Origin: Octopus bimaculoides
Taxonomy: Eukaryota
Assembly: GCF_001194135.2 (NCBI RefSeq)
Contig: NC_069002.1
Location: 4,874,065 to 4,938,064, forward strand
Reading direction: 5' to 3'
Length of the DNA: 64,000 nt
Of this stretch, positions 24,116 to 37,720 are shown in pieces; positions within the stretch are counted from its first letter, which is position 1; each line of letters opens with the position of its first letter. The position numbers were made by a program, and so were the translations under genes. A model generated the notes under the pieces. That model searched no databases. It worked only from the letters and a program-made list of their open reading frames with translations, and was not told where the DNA came from.

Positions 24116-26503
24116 ATTTACATCTTGTCCTAACATGAATAAGCTCCATTTAAATTTGTTGTCTTTTTTTTTTACTATATTATATATATATATATCGTTT
24201 TTTTTTTCTTATCACTTTCCATTCTTTATGTCTTCGTCTCTCTCTCTCTCTCTCTGTATGGCTATGTCTGTCTGTTTGTCTTTATTCAGCCATTTGTGTG
24301 TCTCCCCCCTTCCCTTTTTGTCCACCTCCTTTATCTCTCCATCTATCTTATCAGCCTGTTTGCTAATATATACATCTATCATATCTTTTTTCTACCTATG
24401 TCTATGCTTGTCCGGTTTATCTCACGTCTGAATGTCCGCTATGAATGTTCGTACGTCTCTGCGCGCGTGTGTGTATCTGTCTGTCTGTCTGTCTCTTACC
24501 TTCATTTCCGCTTAAAGCATTACTAACGTTTTATTATATGTATATATATATTTTTTATTATTCTTTCTCGATTTCATATCGCATTGCCGCTTGCTATGAT
24601 GATACGACTTAGCGGTAATAATTGTCACTGTTCCACAATGAGAGAACAATTGTACTTTTTTTTTTTTCACTGGTTACACTAATAGCATTGTGCTAACTGT
24701 AATATCACTAGCTATAATGATTAGTAACCACTTATTGAAATATCATTGGCAGCACTGATTAGCACAGCGGTTATTCGTAACATCACTGGCTATAATAATT
24801 AACACGGAAATTACTTGTTAATATCAGTGACTCTAGTTTTAGCTGGATTGTCATAATTGTGGTGTCACTGGCTGCAATGATAGGTGTTGGCACGCTGATA
24901 ATTGTAATAACACCACCGGTTGCAGTGATAACTCGGTGTCTGGCTACAATGATAGCAGGCTGGTGATAGTGATCGGTGATACAGATAATGGTTGTTATAT
25001 TTTTCTGTATTAATCTTTCATCGCCTGGCCGAAGCATTTTTCGTAAGTCTATTCTAAACGCCCAGATTTTTTTTTAGTTGTCCCTTGTTTCATACGTTCT
25101 GAGTAATATAAAACCTTCTATTCATAAATCCCAGTTTATTCTTTGCTGAGGGGGGAAATATGTATAGTATATGATGCATAGATGCCGGGGAAATATGCCA
25201 TACACAGGACAGGGTTAAGGAAATGATTACTGATCTCATGATATAACTGGTATTAATTTTATCTGTCTGATCGCTACATTTCTCGACAGCTCTCTGCTTG
25301 TTTTGGTTATGATTGGATACTGGACTCGCTGTTAAATGATAATGATCTACTGCAGACTTGTGTGTATGTGTGTCTTCTCTATATTAGGGCAACAGTGGCA
25401 CACTTGGTAAGGCTGCTTTGCAGTTGTGTTGTCGCTTAATACAAGGTCAGCCTCGATTTTGTAGAAGGCGTTCAAACCGTGACTGTTCTGTCTTTCTGGA
25501 AGGTATCGTGTCGGTAGGACTACAATACTTGAACAGCATAAGCTGTGATTTAAGTGGGATATATTTTGCAGCCATAATTTTTAGTAGGTCGAGAGACAGC
25601 ATAAAGGCTCTCGCACCAGCTTCGTCGTGCCTTGCCTTGCAAGAAGTTTAATTACGTCCCTTTGCGTTTTGTTTTCGAATCTAGACGTGGTTGACTTTGC
25701 TTTCCATTCTAAGGCTCGGGTGGTGGTGCTGTCAATAAAATACCAATCAAATAATAAGTTCTGTTCGATCAACGAACGTATGGGTCTTGCGTCGATATTA
25801 GTAATTATCAATTAATGGAAATTCTCATTAATTTCGTTGCAATATGTCTCTTACGATTGTTTTAAAAAAATCTGTTTCCTTTGCCGCTTCCAAACGAATA
25901 TATTCACGTAACCCCCCTCCTTTCTCTGTTTTATTTATTTAATCGTAATTTTCGCTTCATCATTCGTATCCCAACACCCCGCATCAAACTAGGACGCGGT
26001 GGTTTTTTTTTTTCTTTTCTGGGGTAGGGATTGGCTAGTCTCTTCATTGCACTGAACAAGATCATCCCTCTTTCCTTTAATACGAAGTATGTCCCTTATC
26101 CATCTCTTTCTCTGTAATTTTTATATTATGACTCTTTCCCCTCTATTCCTTCATTATTGCTAATTACGAACCCACCACTTGGTGTGGAATATTTTTCCAT
26201 GTGCTGATAGGATCTCAAAAAAAAAAAAAAAAAGGGAATTGGGTTAGAACTAGCTTACAAGCCAGTTCAGTATACTATAGTTACGCTTGGGCAGACTTGG
26301 TGATTATAATATGACAAATATATAGTTATTGATTTTCTTCATGAGTCGGCCCCTGAACTGATTTTTGATGTCCGACTCACCTCCCGCCCTCTCTCTTATC
26401 TAGGCTCTGCTCTGTTTACCCAGCAGCAACACGCGTATATATGTATACATACAAGTTCAACTCACATACACACACAATTACTTATACGGCATGTTTTGTA
26501 CCC

Positions 26504-26544
<41 letters not shown>

Positions 26545-27469
26545 TTGTGTGAGTATTTGTTGAAAAGACTTCACAAACTGTTAGTTTCGCAGAACGAATC
26601 AATTGAAGTTTTTCAGCTTCTATAAAACACTAATTTACTCTACCTCTGGTATTCGAGTACTATTTTTTTTTTGCTGCCTATGTACTCACGTGTGTGCGTG
26701 CGCGGTCGCACTTCTGGGTTAGATAATTCCGTTAAGAATACATATCCGCCATCTCATGTTACAAGTTTTCGTAACTCTATAAATGATGTTTATCAAAACA
26801 GTTCCCCCATTATTTCGTTGAATTCGAAGGAAGGGTCTCCACTCCGGCTCTCATTTCGAATGAGAACATGTTGGAGCCATGTTAGACAGACACTTCATTG
26901 CAGTGGTTTTCAAACCGACAAGCACCCACTCCTCTACAAATATTTCTGAACGTGCTTTGTGCCCCACCCACCTCCTATTAAGATCGAATAAGAGTTTGTA
27001 GTCATATAATCTCAACATCTTAATTTTTATTATTAAAGATGGTACTTTGCCGCTTCCCCCCCCCAAATATATCTTCACATGCCTGTCTTTGGTGTCGAGT
27101 GCACTTGGTAATTGTGGGGAAGTAGGTTCGTTTTCTCCACTGGGCATTTTCGCTGTTGATTGACACCCTGACTTTTTCTAAGAATATATTATTTGGACAC
27201 TGTTGGTGTATATATTGGACCATACCAAAATAGTTCTTACCATTTCTAAGCTGATGATTTGTGATTTTTGCTTCTATTTCTAGTAGAGTTGGCGACTGTG
27301 TTCAGACTCTTATCTGCAACACTGTTGTATGTGTGTATAGTTGTAGGTGTAACCCCTATGTTATATACATCCCAGGGGATTCTAGAACTTCAGTAAATGT
27401 TTGACAGGGATATGGAGATATATATATATTTCAATCCTGAACCAGTTTGTCTCTATAAAAGACTATTGC

Positions 27470-27501
<32 letters not shown>

Positions 27502-28847
27502 TGCAACGAATGTAGATAGGTATAAGCAGACAATCTTTTTCAAATCACACACACACACACACATACATACATGTATCATCTTCAAAAGCTGTGAAATATC
27601 ACAGCTGGAATATTTCTTTTGATCAGAGGTGTGTCTGTTCGATCTTTGATCAGAGGTGTGTCTGTTCGATCAGGACTGATTGTCAAGCACCTATCCCAAT
27701 ATTCGAGTACTGATGTCTCATTCACTATCGTATCTGCATTGATATTCGTTTCTCCAGAGATCCACCGCCATTCAGAAATAAATAAATAAATAAATATTCT
27801 CGTTTGAATGAAACAACCTACTGTTTTGTCTTCTCTCTCTCTTTCTGCTGCTATTACTACTACTACTACTACTACTACAACACCATCTCGTGCCCATCAG
27901 GCATTGCTCGCCACTTCCGACCTCATCTGGAATCCGCCCACCATTAATTACGCCGACTCTTCTGTTTCTTTTTTTCTTTTCTTTCGCCCGCCCTCTTCCT
28001 ACATTCCTCAACGTCAAGTCCCATGAAAGCGATTTTCCCCACCACCACCGTCTCTTTCTCTCTCGCCGTAACCAACCTGTTAATTTTTATTCAGTGCCAA
28101 TCATCATCATCATCAGTTAAACACTGATCAATAAGAGAAACTTCCCACGTGCTATGAGCGAAGTTCTTTCTTCTCCGAATCGACGGTGAAAAATATGGAG
28201 TGTACATCCATATACAGCAGCTAATTATTACACTATCTTAGATTTTACACGGAAACAAAAATTCACACACACACACGCACACTATTCATCCATATGGATT
28301 GATAACTATATGTATAAGATACATATATGTATGTATTGCAGTGTATAATTTTGATGCCTGATCTCTAAAACTGAAAGTAAAGCACTCCTTTTAAAATAAC
28401 TTATGTGCCGATACAAATGGCATAACCGGTGTGAATATTAATATGATAAATATAGGTATATATATATATGTGTGTGTGTGTGCGTACATGCATAAATGCA
28501 CATGTGGACTGCAGAGCTTTGTAGATTGTCTTTTAGTGGTGCGATTATCTCATTTTGCCTACCAAATACCCACCGTATCTTTCCGTTTCATATTCCATAA
28601 AGATTAAACTGCACCCATTGAAAGAGGCGCCTTTGCCATGTTACGTACGAACCAGTGACCGAAGAGCCTGTAAAATAATATAGACCATAAGTAGCTGGGT
28701 TTTTTTTTCGTTAATATGGTCACAAGTCGAAACGGGTGTGAAAAAAAAAAAATAATGCCGTAAGCGAACTGTATTGATACAGGCATACCTCAAATTACAT
28801 TGTTTCGAGTTACGTCTTTTTCGAAAACAGGTACCTGAAAAATATAT

Positions 28848-28883
<36 letters not shown>

Positions 28884-30329
28884 GCGGGGTGAGTGGAAGA
28901 AAAAAGGGTGGGGGTATCGCTAAATGGTGTCAATATTTCCACTTTGTGACAGCAAACTGAAAGAATGCCATCTTTTATGATACTAGGACTGGAACCGCGT
29001 GTTCTGTCGGTTGCAACACGTTCGCTTTCCTCTCTCAAGTTTGTACATAATGAAATATCTTGTATATCGTTTATAGGTCATTATGTAGACCCGTTAATTT
29101 ATTTACCGTACACACAAACACATCCGATGTATGTGTGTCCATCCATGCATATTCCTTTGCGCCTGTGCTCCGTATAGAATGTTGGTCACATTGCTGCTGC
29201 TGCTTCCCTTGGGGGTGGGGGCGTGTTGTTTCTGTGACTTACGAGCATCCCTGTGTTTGTCCATTTCGTTCGATACTGAAATGACTGTGCGCGCACATAG
29301 ATGTATATATATAACCACCTGCTTGATATGATTGTGTATACGAAGCCTTTACACACACACACACACACACACACAGAGCCTGTGATGCTTCTACCAAGCT
29401 GTCACCGGTGTTTGATGTCTGTGTCCACAGTGCTCCAATTCTTTCAATCAGAACCGTATCCCCCCCCCCACCACCTCTTGTCAGTCGGAATTGAATTAAA
29501 ATTTTATTTTTAGACTTGTAGAATCTTCGCGACTGTTTGAGCTCATTATTTTGTTTTATTTTTGGCCAACGCTGAGAACACCACTAGATTTCGTTTTGTC
29601 TACTCTTGATGCAGCATCATCATCATCATCAATTATTACCGTCATTATTTTCATTATGTCATTGTCACCGCCATTGTAATTAACACCCTCATTATCGTCA
29701 TTCCATCAGTCCTTTGTTGGAATTACACCCGTAATTTTGACACATAAAGAATTTTTTTCTCTCTTTGGCAAAAATTAAAAGAGTAGGTAATTTTTCTAGA
29801 TTGTTAATTTTGACATATTTTCTAGATTAATTTGATAATGGTTGATGATTGTTGTCGACTTTATCTTTCACCTTTCCAAGTTCGATAAAATAAAGTAACC
29901 CCACTTCAAGTACTGGGGGCACTCTCCCACGTTTTATGCTTTGTGCCTGTGTTAGAAAATTATTTTAATTCTTAGGGGCTTCATACCATAAGCTTAATAA
30001 ATCTTGTAAAGGAAAAGCAAGGTACTTGCTGTACACACACACAAAGCATATTATAAAGATGGGGTTGAGTTACTACATCAGTCCGAGACCTGTGAATGAA
30101 TATCTTGCGACCCCATAAATAAATTCAGCCCCTTGATTTTTAAGAGGAATTTTCCCGCCCAGGATCCCAAAGCGCGCTTGTTCTTCCTTGCAAAAATTAT
30201 TTCGCAGACTGTATACGCGTGCACGCATGCGTGCACACAGTTCGCCAGGCACTTAGGGAGGGCTTCTTAACGATTTCTTCCATGGATAACGAACCCATCT
30301 ATCTGAAGAGACAGTCATCTCCACCAGGT

Positions 30330-30730
30330 GGATGGTCAGCAGAGTCCACCCTTTCCGTTTCTTTTGTTTGCATGGACCACACGGAACTTGTTGAGGCAGA
30401 TTTTCTATGGCCGGTCGCACTTCCTGTTTCAAAGCGATGGAGGATTTCCTTGTGGCCAGACATGTTTTTGCATTCAAAACCAGAAACGAGCAGCGTTATC
30501 TGTATGACGGTGGTGCTCATTTACAGCAACGAAGCTAAGACAAGGGTGCGCGCACGCACGCACTTATACACGATGGGCTTCTTCCAGCTTCCGTTTATTG
30601 AGGTCACTCACAACAAGGCTTTGGTCGGTCCTGGGTTATAGTAAGACATTTGCCGAAGGTGTCACGTAGTAGGGACTGAACCCGAGAACACATGGTTGAG
30701 AAGCAAGCTTCTGAAACCACACAGCCACAT
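30330..30730 (-). mobile_element. SINE family A2, reverse orientation
   Basis: TTGTTGAGGCAGATTTTCT body, then GGGCTTCTT...CAAGGCTTTGGTCGG...GGGACTGAACCC...CACAGCCA head. It accounts for most of ORF 30219-30641. Confidence 0.8.
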
Positions 30731-33700
30731 TTGTGGGGGAAAAAAAAAAAAAAAAAGGGTTAATCCCTCGCGACATTTTGTCTACTGCTTGTCGGTATCC
30801 ACTGATGATAATCCTTTCTATTTTAGGCACAAGGCCTGAAATTAGGGGGCAGGGACTAGTCGGTTATACTGGCGCTTATTTTAACGACCTCGAAAGGAAG
30901 AAAAGGCAAAGTCGACCTCGGCGGAATTTGAACTNNNNNNNNNNNNNNNNNNNNNNNNNNNNNNNNNNNNNNNNNNNNNNNNNNNNNNNNNNNNNNNNNN
31001 NNNNNNNNNNNNNNNNNNNNNNNNNNNNNNNNNNNNNNNNNNNNNNNNNNNNNNNNNNNNNNNNNNNNNNNNNNNNNNNNNNNNNNNNNNNNNNNNNNNN
31101 NNNNNNNNNNNNNNNNNNNNNNNNNNNNNNNNNNNNNNNNNNNNNNNNNNNNNNNNNNNNNNNNNNNNNNNNNNNNNNNNNNNNNNNNNNNNNNNNNNNN
31201 NNNNNNNNNNNNNNNNNNNNNNNNNNNNNNNNNNNNNNNNNNNNNNNNNNNNNNNNNNNNNNNNNNNNNNNNNNNNNNNNNNNNNNNNNNNNNNNNNNNN
31301 NNNNNNNNNNNNNNNNNNNNNNNNNNNNNNNNNNNNNNNNNNNNNNNNNNNNNNNNNNNNNNNNNNNNNNNNNNNNNNNNNNNNNNNNNNNNNNNNNNNN
31401 NNNNNNNNNNNNNNNNNNNNNNNNNNNNNNNNNNNNNNNNNNNNNNNNNNNNNNNNNNNNNNNNNNNNNNNNNNNNNNNNNNNNNNNNNNNNNNNNNNNN
31501 NNNNNNNNNNNNNNNNNNNNNNNNNNNNNNNNNNNNNNNNNNNNNNNNNNNNNNNNNNNNNNNNNNNNNNNNNNNNNNNNNNNNNNNNNNNNNNNNNNNN
31601 NNNNNNNNNNNNNNNNNNNNNNNNNNNNNNNNNNNNNNNNNNNNNNNNNNNNNNNNNNNNNNNNNNNNNNNNNNNNNNNNNNNNNNNNNNNNNNNNNNNN
31701 NNNNNNNNNNNNNNNNNNNNNNNNNNNNNNNNNNNNNNNNNNNNNNNNNNNNNNNNNNNNNNNNNNNNNNNNNNNNNNNNNNNNNNNNNNNNNNNNNNNA
31801 TACACACACACACACACATACATGCATACACATTTACTCACATATCTCGAAAGTAAATAGACATTATCATTTTTGAAAGATTTATTTCTAGAAAGAAACT
31901 GTCATTTGAAACAGGCATTTAGTTACTTATTCTAATATTTAGTAGGCATGCCTTGTGCATAATACATTAACAAGTTTGAAGCAGCAGGTAATGTCCGCAC
32001 AGGTAAAAACAATATACTGAAAGGTGTCGTCGGTTTGTGAGCGCGTGGGATTTGAACTTGTGAAGGTAAAGGGACGTAACTGAACGTACTACCGCAAGTA
32101 CAATGTCACTATTGTCAAGTTGTTTGTCGTTCGCTGCTGACCTTATAAAAATGATAATGGTTTTTGATTGAAGTACAAAACCAAGTTTGAAGGGGGTTGT
32201 CTTAGTCTGTTGCATAGACCCCCTGTTAATTAAGTGGTTCTTTCTGTCGAACTGGCATGTGTGAGTGGATGAAAGCCGCAGTTGTTTTCGGTGGAATTTG
32301 AACTCGGAATATATATAAAAGCGAAAACCGCAAGGCATTTCCCCCGACATGTTAATAATTCTGCCAACCCACCACCGTTTCGACCTCTCGGCCTCCTGTA
32401 ATACTATTAATACAACATTAGCCTCTTGCGCAATCTCCCGCTTCTAGGTCATCGCCAATCGAAAAGGCGTTCCATCCCCGCCTACCCCAACTTGTTTAGC
32501 ATATCTAGGACGTTGTCGAGTCTGTGCTTTTTTTTTCTAAAATCAGAACATGTTTTTTAACAAGTTACTGTTGCTGTTTTTTTCTATCAAATTTGTCAAC
32601 AACTCACAGCTTTAAAAAAAGCTAAAAAAAAAAAAAAAAGAGAAAAGTTGGTCTTGATTTTATGGAAGTTTTGGTTTCTATTTCTAGCAGATCTGCCTAC
32701 CACTCACAAACCTCGTTCCCTCACGCATTCTGTCGCCTCGTGATATACTAATATATATAGAGTAGGTTAAGAAGTAATGTAGCCGATCCTTAAGTCCACC
32801 CGGAATCTGTTGTACTTGTGACACCCTTCTCCCCCCCCCCGGGGTACGCAAACCATTGATAAAATTATTAACGAGAGTGTTTCGTGAAAAAGCGACCTGC
32901 ATAATGGCACACACACACACAATTTCTTTGTCTCTTTCTCTCCGTCTCAGGTGTACACACACACACACACACACACGTAATTCTAAATCTGAGATGTGTA
33001 CGTTTATATATAGATGTCATTTGTTTTTTGTTTTTCTTTTCGTTTGTTTCAGATTTACATTATACGTACATTTTGTGTAGCGATTAACGTTTGTGTATGT
33101 GTGTGTGTGTGTGTGAGGATTAATGCGTGCGTGTGTGCTTTAAATTCTATATTAAGATGCAGAGAAATTAGCCAACTGCTATTTTTGTCTGCAGCAAGCC
33201 ATCCGCCCAGCCAACCAACCAGCCAGCGCCGATGTTTTCTTCTCTCTGTTTCGTTCTCTCTCTCCCTCTCTATCAACCATTAACTCTTCTCATTATTTTC
33301 TATAACCTCTCTTTCTCTCTCCTTATATTTAACTACGCCCCCCTCTCTCTCTCCCCCCTTGCCTTTCTTTCTCTCCCTCTGCCCACCATTAACTACAATC
33401 GCTCTCCCTCCCTTTCTCTCTGCCTTTCATTTTCTATAATCTCTGCACTCCTCTCTCGTTTCTTCCAACTCCCCACCCCGTTTCTTTCTCTCTCTCTGCC
33501 TCTCCCCACTACTCAACCTCTTGGCCATCACTTCCGGATTCTATTCAGATCTTTTTCTTTTATGTCTTATAATGTCAGACGTTCTCTCCACTTCTTCACC
33601 TTTTCTTCGATTCCATAACTCTTGTTGTTCTGCGTCTTCTTGTTTATTGTTAAGAAAAGAGTGTTTACCGCCTATTAAAAAGGCAATGATTTTTCCTACA

Positions 33701-34867
33701 TAGATTCTTTAATCGAGTCGGGTTTTTTCCTTTTATTAAGCCGAGCTTCTGATGTGAACACAAATTTGCCTGTGTATATGTGTAGGTACATATACAGATG
33801 TACAAATATATACCTGTATATATTTGTTTTTGTGCATGTGCGTGCGTATGTGTATATGTGTGTGTGTGTGGTCTTTTTGTAGGTTTTTCTTTCCGTGGAT
33901 AAATCTCCCCACTTTTGGGAACTTTTTGTACTATTTTGACTTTTGTATATCCCAAACGATTTCGATCCCTTTTGATCGTTGTCCCTCTTTTTATTTTTGT
34001 GTGTGTCCCCCCCCCCAAGGAAAAGCTCTACATTGTATTTGTCCCCTCTACGCTAAGCACTCTGTGGCCAATAAAGTTATGTCTATCTATATATCTCCAT
34101 CCACCCATCCATCTATCTATCTATCTATCTACATCTATCTGTACCTATCTATCTATCTATCTATCTATACCTATCTCTCTGTCTGTCTCTCTCTCTCTCT
34201 CTCTCCCTCCCTCCATGCATGCACACCGTTTCGTAGTTCACATCTCACTAGTGTCCTGCTCAGCATTTCTCTCCTTCTTCCCCCTCTTGTGATGTGGTTT
34301 GGCTGGGATGGCTGGAGACGATCAATAAAATGAAATAAACACATCAATAATTTTCTGGTGATTCAGTCAAACACGCCACCCCAGTATTCTCCACCCCTCC
34401 TTCAACTCTCTTCTCTTTCTTTTTCCTCTAACATTAAACTAATTTTTTTTTAAATAATGTTCTTTTTTCCCCCAAAATATTAGTTGTAAGCTAATTCTTT
34501 CTATACAAGTGTATAGTGTTTGTCTGTGTTTTATGGTCATGGAACGGCACGATTAGAAATAAAATGAGAATGATCTGTCACTGATGGGTGCCAGCTCTCT
34601 TTCTCCAGCCATCTTTTTTCTCTCTCCTCTCTCCGTCTCAATATGTTTTAGCACAAACACACTTTTCATGCTGTGTTCTTTGTGTCTTCTGGTGTGGTGT
34701 GTGTCTGTCTGTGTGTATGTACTGTTTGTATGTGTACATGCATCACTCTAATTATATCTGCTTCTGTTAGTTGCATTATCTCTTTCTTTCTCTCTCTCTC
34801 TCTGTGTTTGTATGTCCTATTTATATATCCCTATCTCTCTCGGACCAATTAAAAATTTTATGTGTGT

Positions 34868-34911
<44 letters not shown>

Positions 34912-36301
34912 GCACATGCATGCCATTATTGTTTTCTTGTTTCAGTCATTCAACAGCAGTTATACTGGGGCGCCACCTTCAGTGATTTAGTTGTACAATA
35001 TGGTCCCGGTACTTATTTTTTAATTCTGGTACTTGGTCCCTTTTGCTGAACCACTATATCACGGGGGTGGTGGTGGTAGGGGTTCAATGGACTAAGCCTC
35101 TTGTCAAGTGGGTAGCAGGAATAAACGCACATACACACGTGACAATCTTTCTACACAGTTTCCGCCTAACAGGCATTGGTTGACCTGGAGCTATTGAAGA
35201 AGACACTTGCCTAAAGTGTCTCTCAGTGGGATTGAACCTGAAATCACACAGTTGCAAAGTGAACTTCTTCATCACAGCCATGGTGTGCCCTATGTATGAA
35301 ATGTTTTCCTTCAAGAAAGAAGACCTTTCTTTCTTGAACTACAGGCCATGCTGGGGCCCTTCAAGTGTTTAGTCTATCATTATCAGGCCCGGTATTTATT
35401 TTAGTGGAGTGTTTATTTCATCCATATTTTATCCCTGTCTTTGTCGAACTGCTAAGTTACAGGGCATAAATAGACATGACATATGACATTGACAGCTTAA
35501 GTAGAAGAATGCAGTTGGTGAGTTTTGGGGCCAAATTCTGGTCTCAAAGGATTGGTGATTGTTTGGCTAAAGTAGAAGCTGCTTGACTGAGGTGTTGTGC
35601 ATTGGGATGGAACCTACAATCTTGTAGTTGTGAATCAAACTTCTTAAACATGTAGCCATGCCTGTATCTAATTTATTTGCGTGTACATTGTACTCCAGCA
35701 AGCTAAGACAAAGCTAGAGAACTAAAGACACACACACACACACACTCTTTCTCTCTCTCTCTCACATACATACTATTTATATCTTTGCTGTTCTACCTCT
35801 GTCTCTATCTCCGTATATTTGTGTTTCCTAGTCCAATCTGAGAATTGCAATGCCACCAGTTTCTCCATTATTTCAACAACCTGTCGGCTTTTGGCCAAGA
35901 ATTCCCCCAACCACTGCCATTTCGACATTCCTCTTTTCTAATCAACGTTTAAGTGCACTGTTTAGAGAAAGGCCATTTTGAATTTGTGTAAAAGAAACCA
36001 GGACAGGAAAATAATAATTTCCGTAATGATAGATTGCTTTAAAAATACCGAGTGTTGGTCGAGTTTTTCAATCTTTTGATGAGGAGTCATGTCTTATGTG
36101 GCTGACTTCTTGAAAAAAGTTGCCCTTGCTTGATATAGAAGCTCCCTCATTGGTTTGCATTATTTGTGGTTGCTTTTTAGTCCAGGGGTCAGCAGTGATT
36201 TAGCAGACCTATAATCGGAGACATTTCAGCATGACCAACATGGCTCATTTTTCTAGATTGCATTATCTAATGTAACCTTCCTCTTTTTTAAGGTAATTTA
36301 A

Positions 36302-36769
36302 CCCTTCAGCACCTAAACAGGTCCTATGAGGCCCAAATATTCAACCTGTTTTATGCTCAAACCAGCCAGATCCAGTCACTCACACCTACCCTACAATGTC
36401 GTTCTGAAAATAAACTATCTTATCATCAAAATCTTGAAGCTATAAGGTAATGCAAAATGTCATGCTTGAGTAGAAGACCCATCAAGCCAAGTGAAATCGT
36501 AGTCGTGGCAGATACTGGAGTCACGCAATTGACACCCATGACGGTGGCACATAAAAGCACCCACCACACTCTCAGAGTGGTTGGCATTAGGAAGGGCATT
36601 CACCTGTGGAAACCATGCCAAATCAGACTAGTCTTGTGCAGTCCCCTCAGTTTACCAGCGCTGCTCAAGCTGTCCAACTCCTGCCAGCATGGACAATGGG
36701 TGTTAAATGATGATGATGATGTGAATAAATAAGCATTGCATTAGACAGAGCAATCTGAATGCTGAAGGG
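36302..36769 (-). mobile_element. piggyBac-like MITE family D interrupted by a (GAT)n-tailed retroelement (about 36456-36720)
   Basis: TTAA|CCCTTCAGCA...TGCTGAAGGG|TTAA, with a family D body on both sides of the nested insertion. Confidence 0.75.
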
Positions 36770-37379
36770 TTAACAGAGAGATTTAGATATTTCTATTAAA
36801 TAGAACAACCCTTCCTCTTTCTGATGGCTCATAGGAGAGGTTAGTTTGTAATTTAGTTATAATTCGTCAGATGACTAATTCAGTTTGCTCCTCTCCCCCC
36901 TTTCAGATTTGGGGGATATGTTGGGTCGGTGACTAAAATGCTGCTTTAATTTTCCATTTTTAGCTCTCGTCTTATTATTTTGAGTTTTACGAGATTTTGT
37001 TTATGATTTTTGGTGCAAACCAGCATTGATGTGGTATTGACTTGCCTACCAATAGACCGACTCAGATTAATGTAATCTCTGAAGATTTCTACGTATTAAT
37101 AATAGTTAGTTGTCTAATCTTTTTAACTGGAAAAAGACAAAACAAAAAAAGCCAATTTGCTATTAATGCTTGTCTTAGGCTGCTACTGTTGCTGGGTGGT
37201 GTGTCATGGTTTTGGGTTAAATATCCTAAATATGGCAAAATAGGGCAGTAGTTTGTGGTAGAAGAGATCTGTCAAAGTTTGCGTCACAGCTGACTTAGAA
37301 ATTGCGCTATGTGAGTAAAAAACAGTTGACTTAGAAACTGCACTATGTGACATGGGGAGGAATTCTTTCACTGTAAATC

Positions 37380-37720
37380 ATCACCATCCATCATAATTTC
37401 AACGTCCACTTTCCCTGCTCACATGGGTCACACAAACTTTGTAGAGATGGATTTTCCACAGCTGGATGCCCTTACTGTTGCCAATCCTTACCAGTTTCCA
37501 AGTAAAGTAAGGTGATGTTTCTCCAAAACTAGCAATGTTTTCACTGAAGATTGGAAATGAAGGACACTGCTTGCATGATGGTGACACTTGTTTACAATTA
37601 TCACATGGTCAAAGTAAGGCTTTGGTCAGCCCAGGAATATAGTGGAAGACACTTGCCCAGAGTGGGAATGAACCTGAAACTTTGTGGTTGGGAAGCAAAC
37701 TTCTTAACATGACCGTGCTT
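37380..37720 (-). mobile_element. SINE family A2, reverse orientation
   Basis: CATCATAATTTCAACGTCCACTTT tail, A2 body, and GCTTTGGTCAGCCC...GAAGCAAACTTCTTAAC head. Confidence 0.7.

Noticed and set aside
26671-26949. 92-aa non-repetitive ORF in intron 2
   Set aside because: It has no recognisable homology and no good phase-1 donor. It is only noted as part of the CpG-retaining domain.
27616-27670. 27-bp direct duplication
   Set aside because: It is a simple slippage duplication inside a family F repeat end.
28965-29076. MPSFMILGLEPRVLSVATRSLSSLKF... as an alternative first exon or mitochondrial targeting peptide
   Set aside because: The phase fits, but the donor AG|GTCATT is poor and nothing else supports it.
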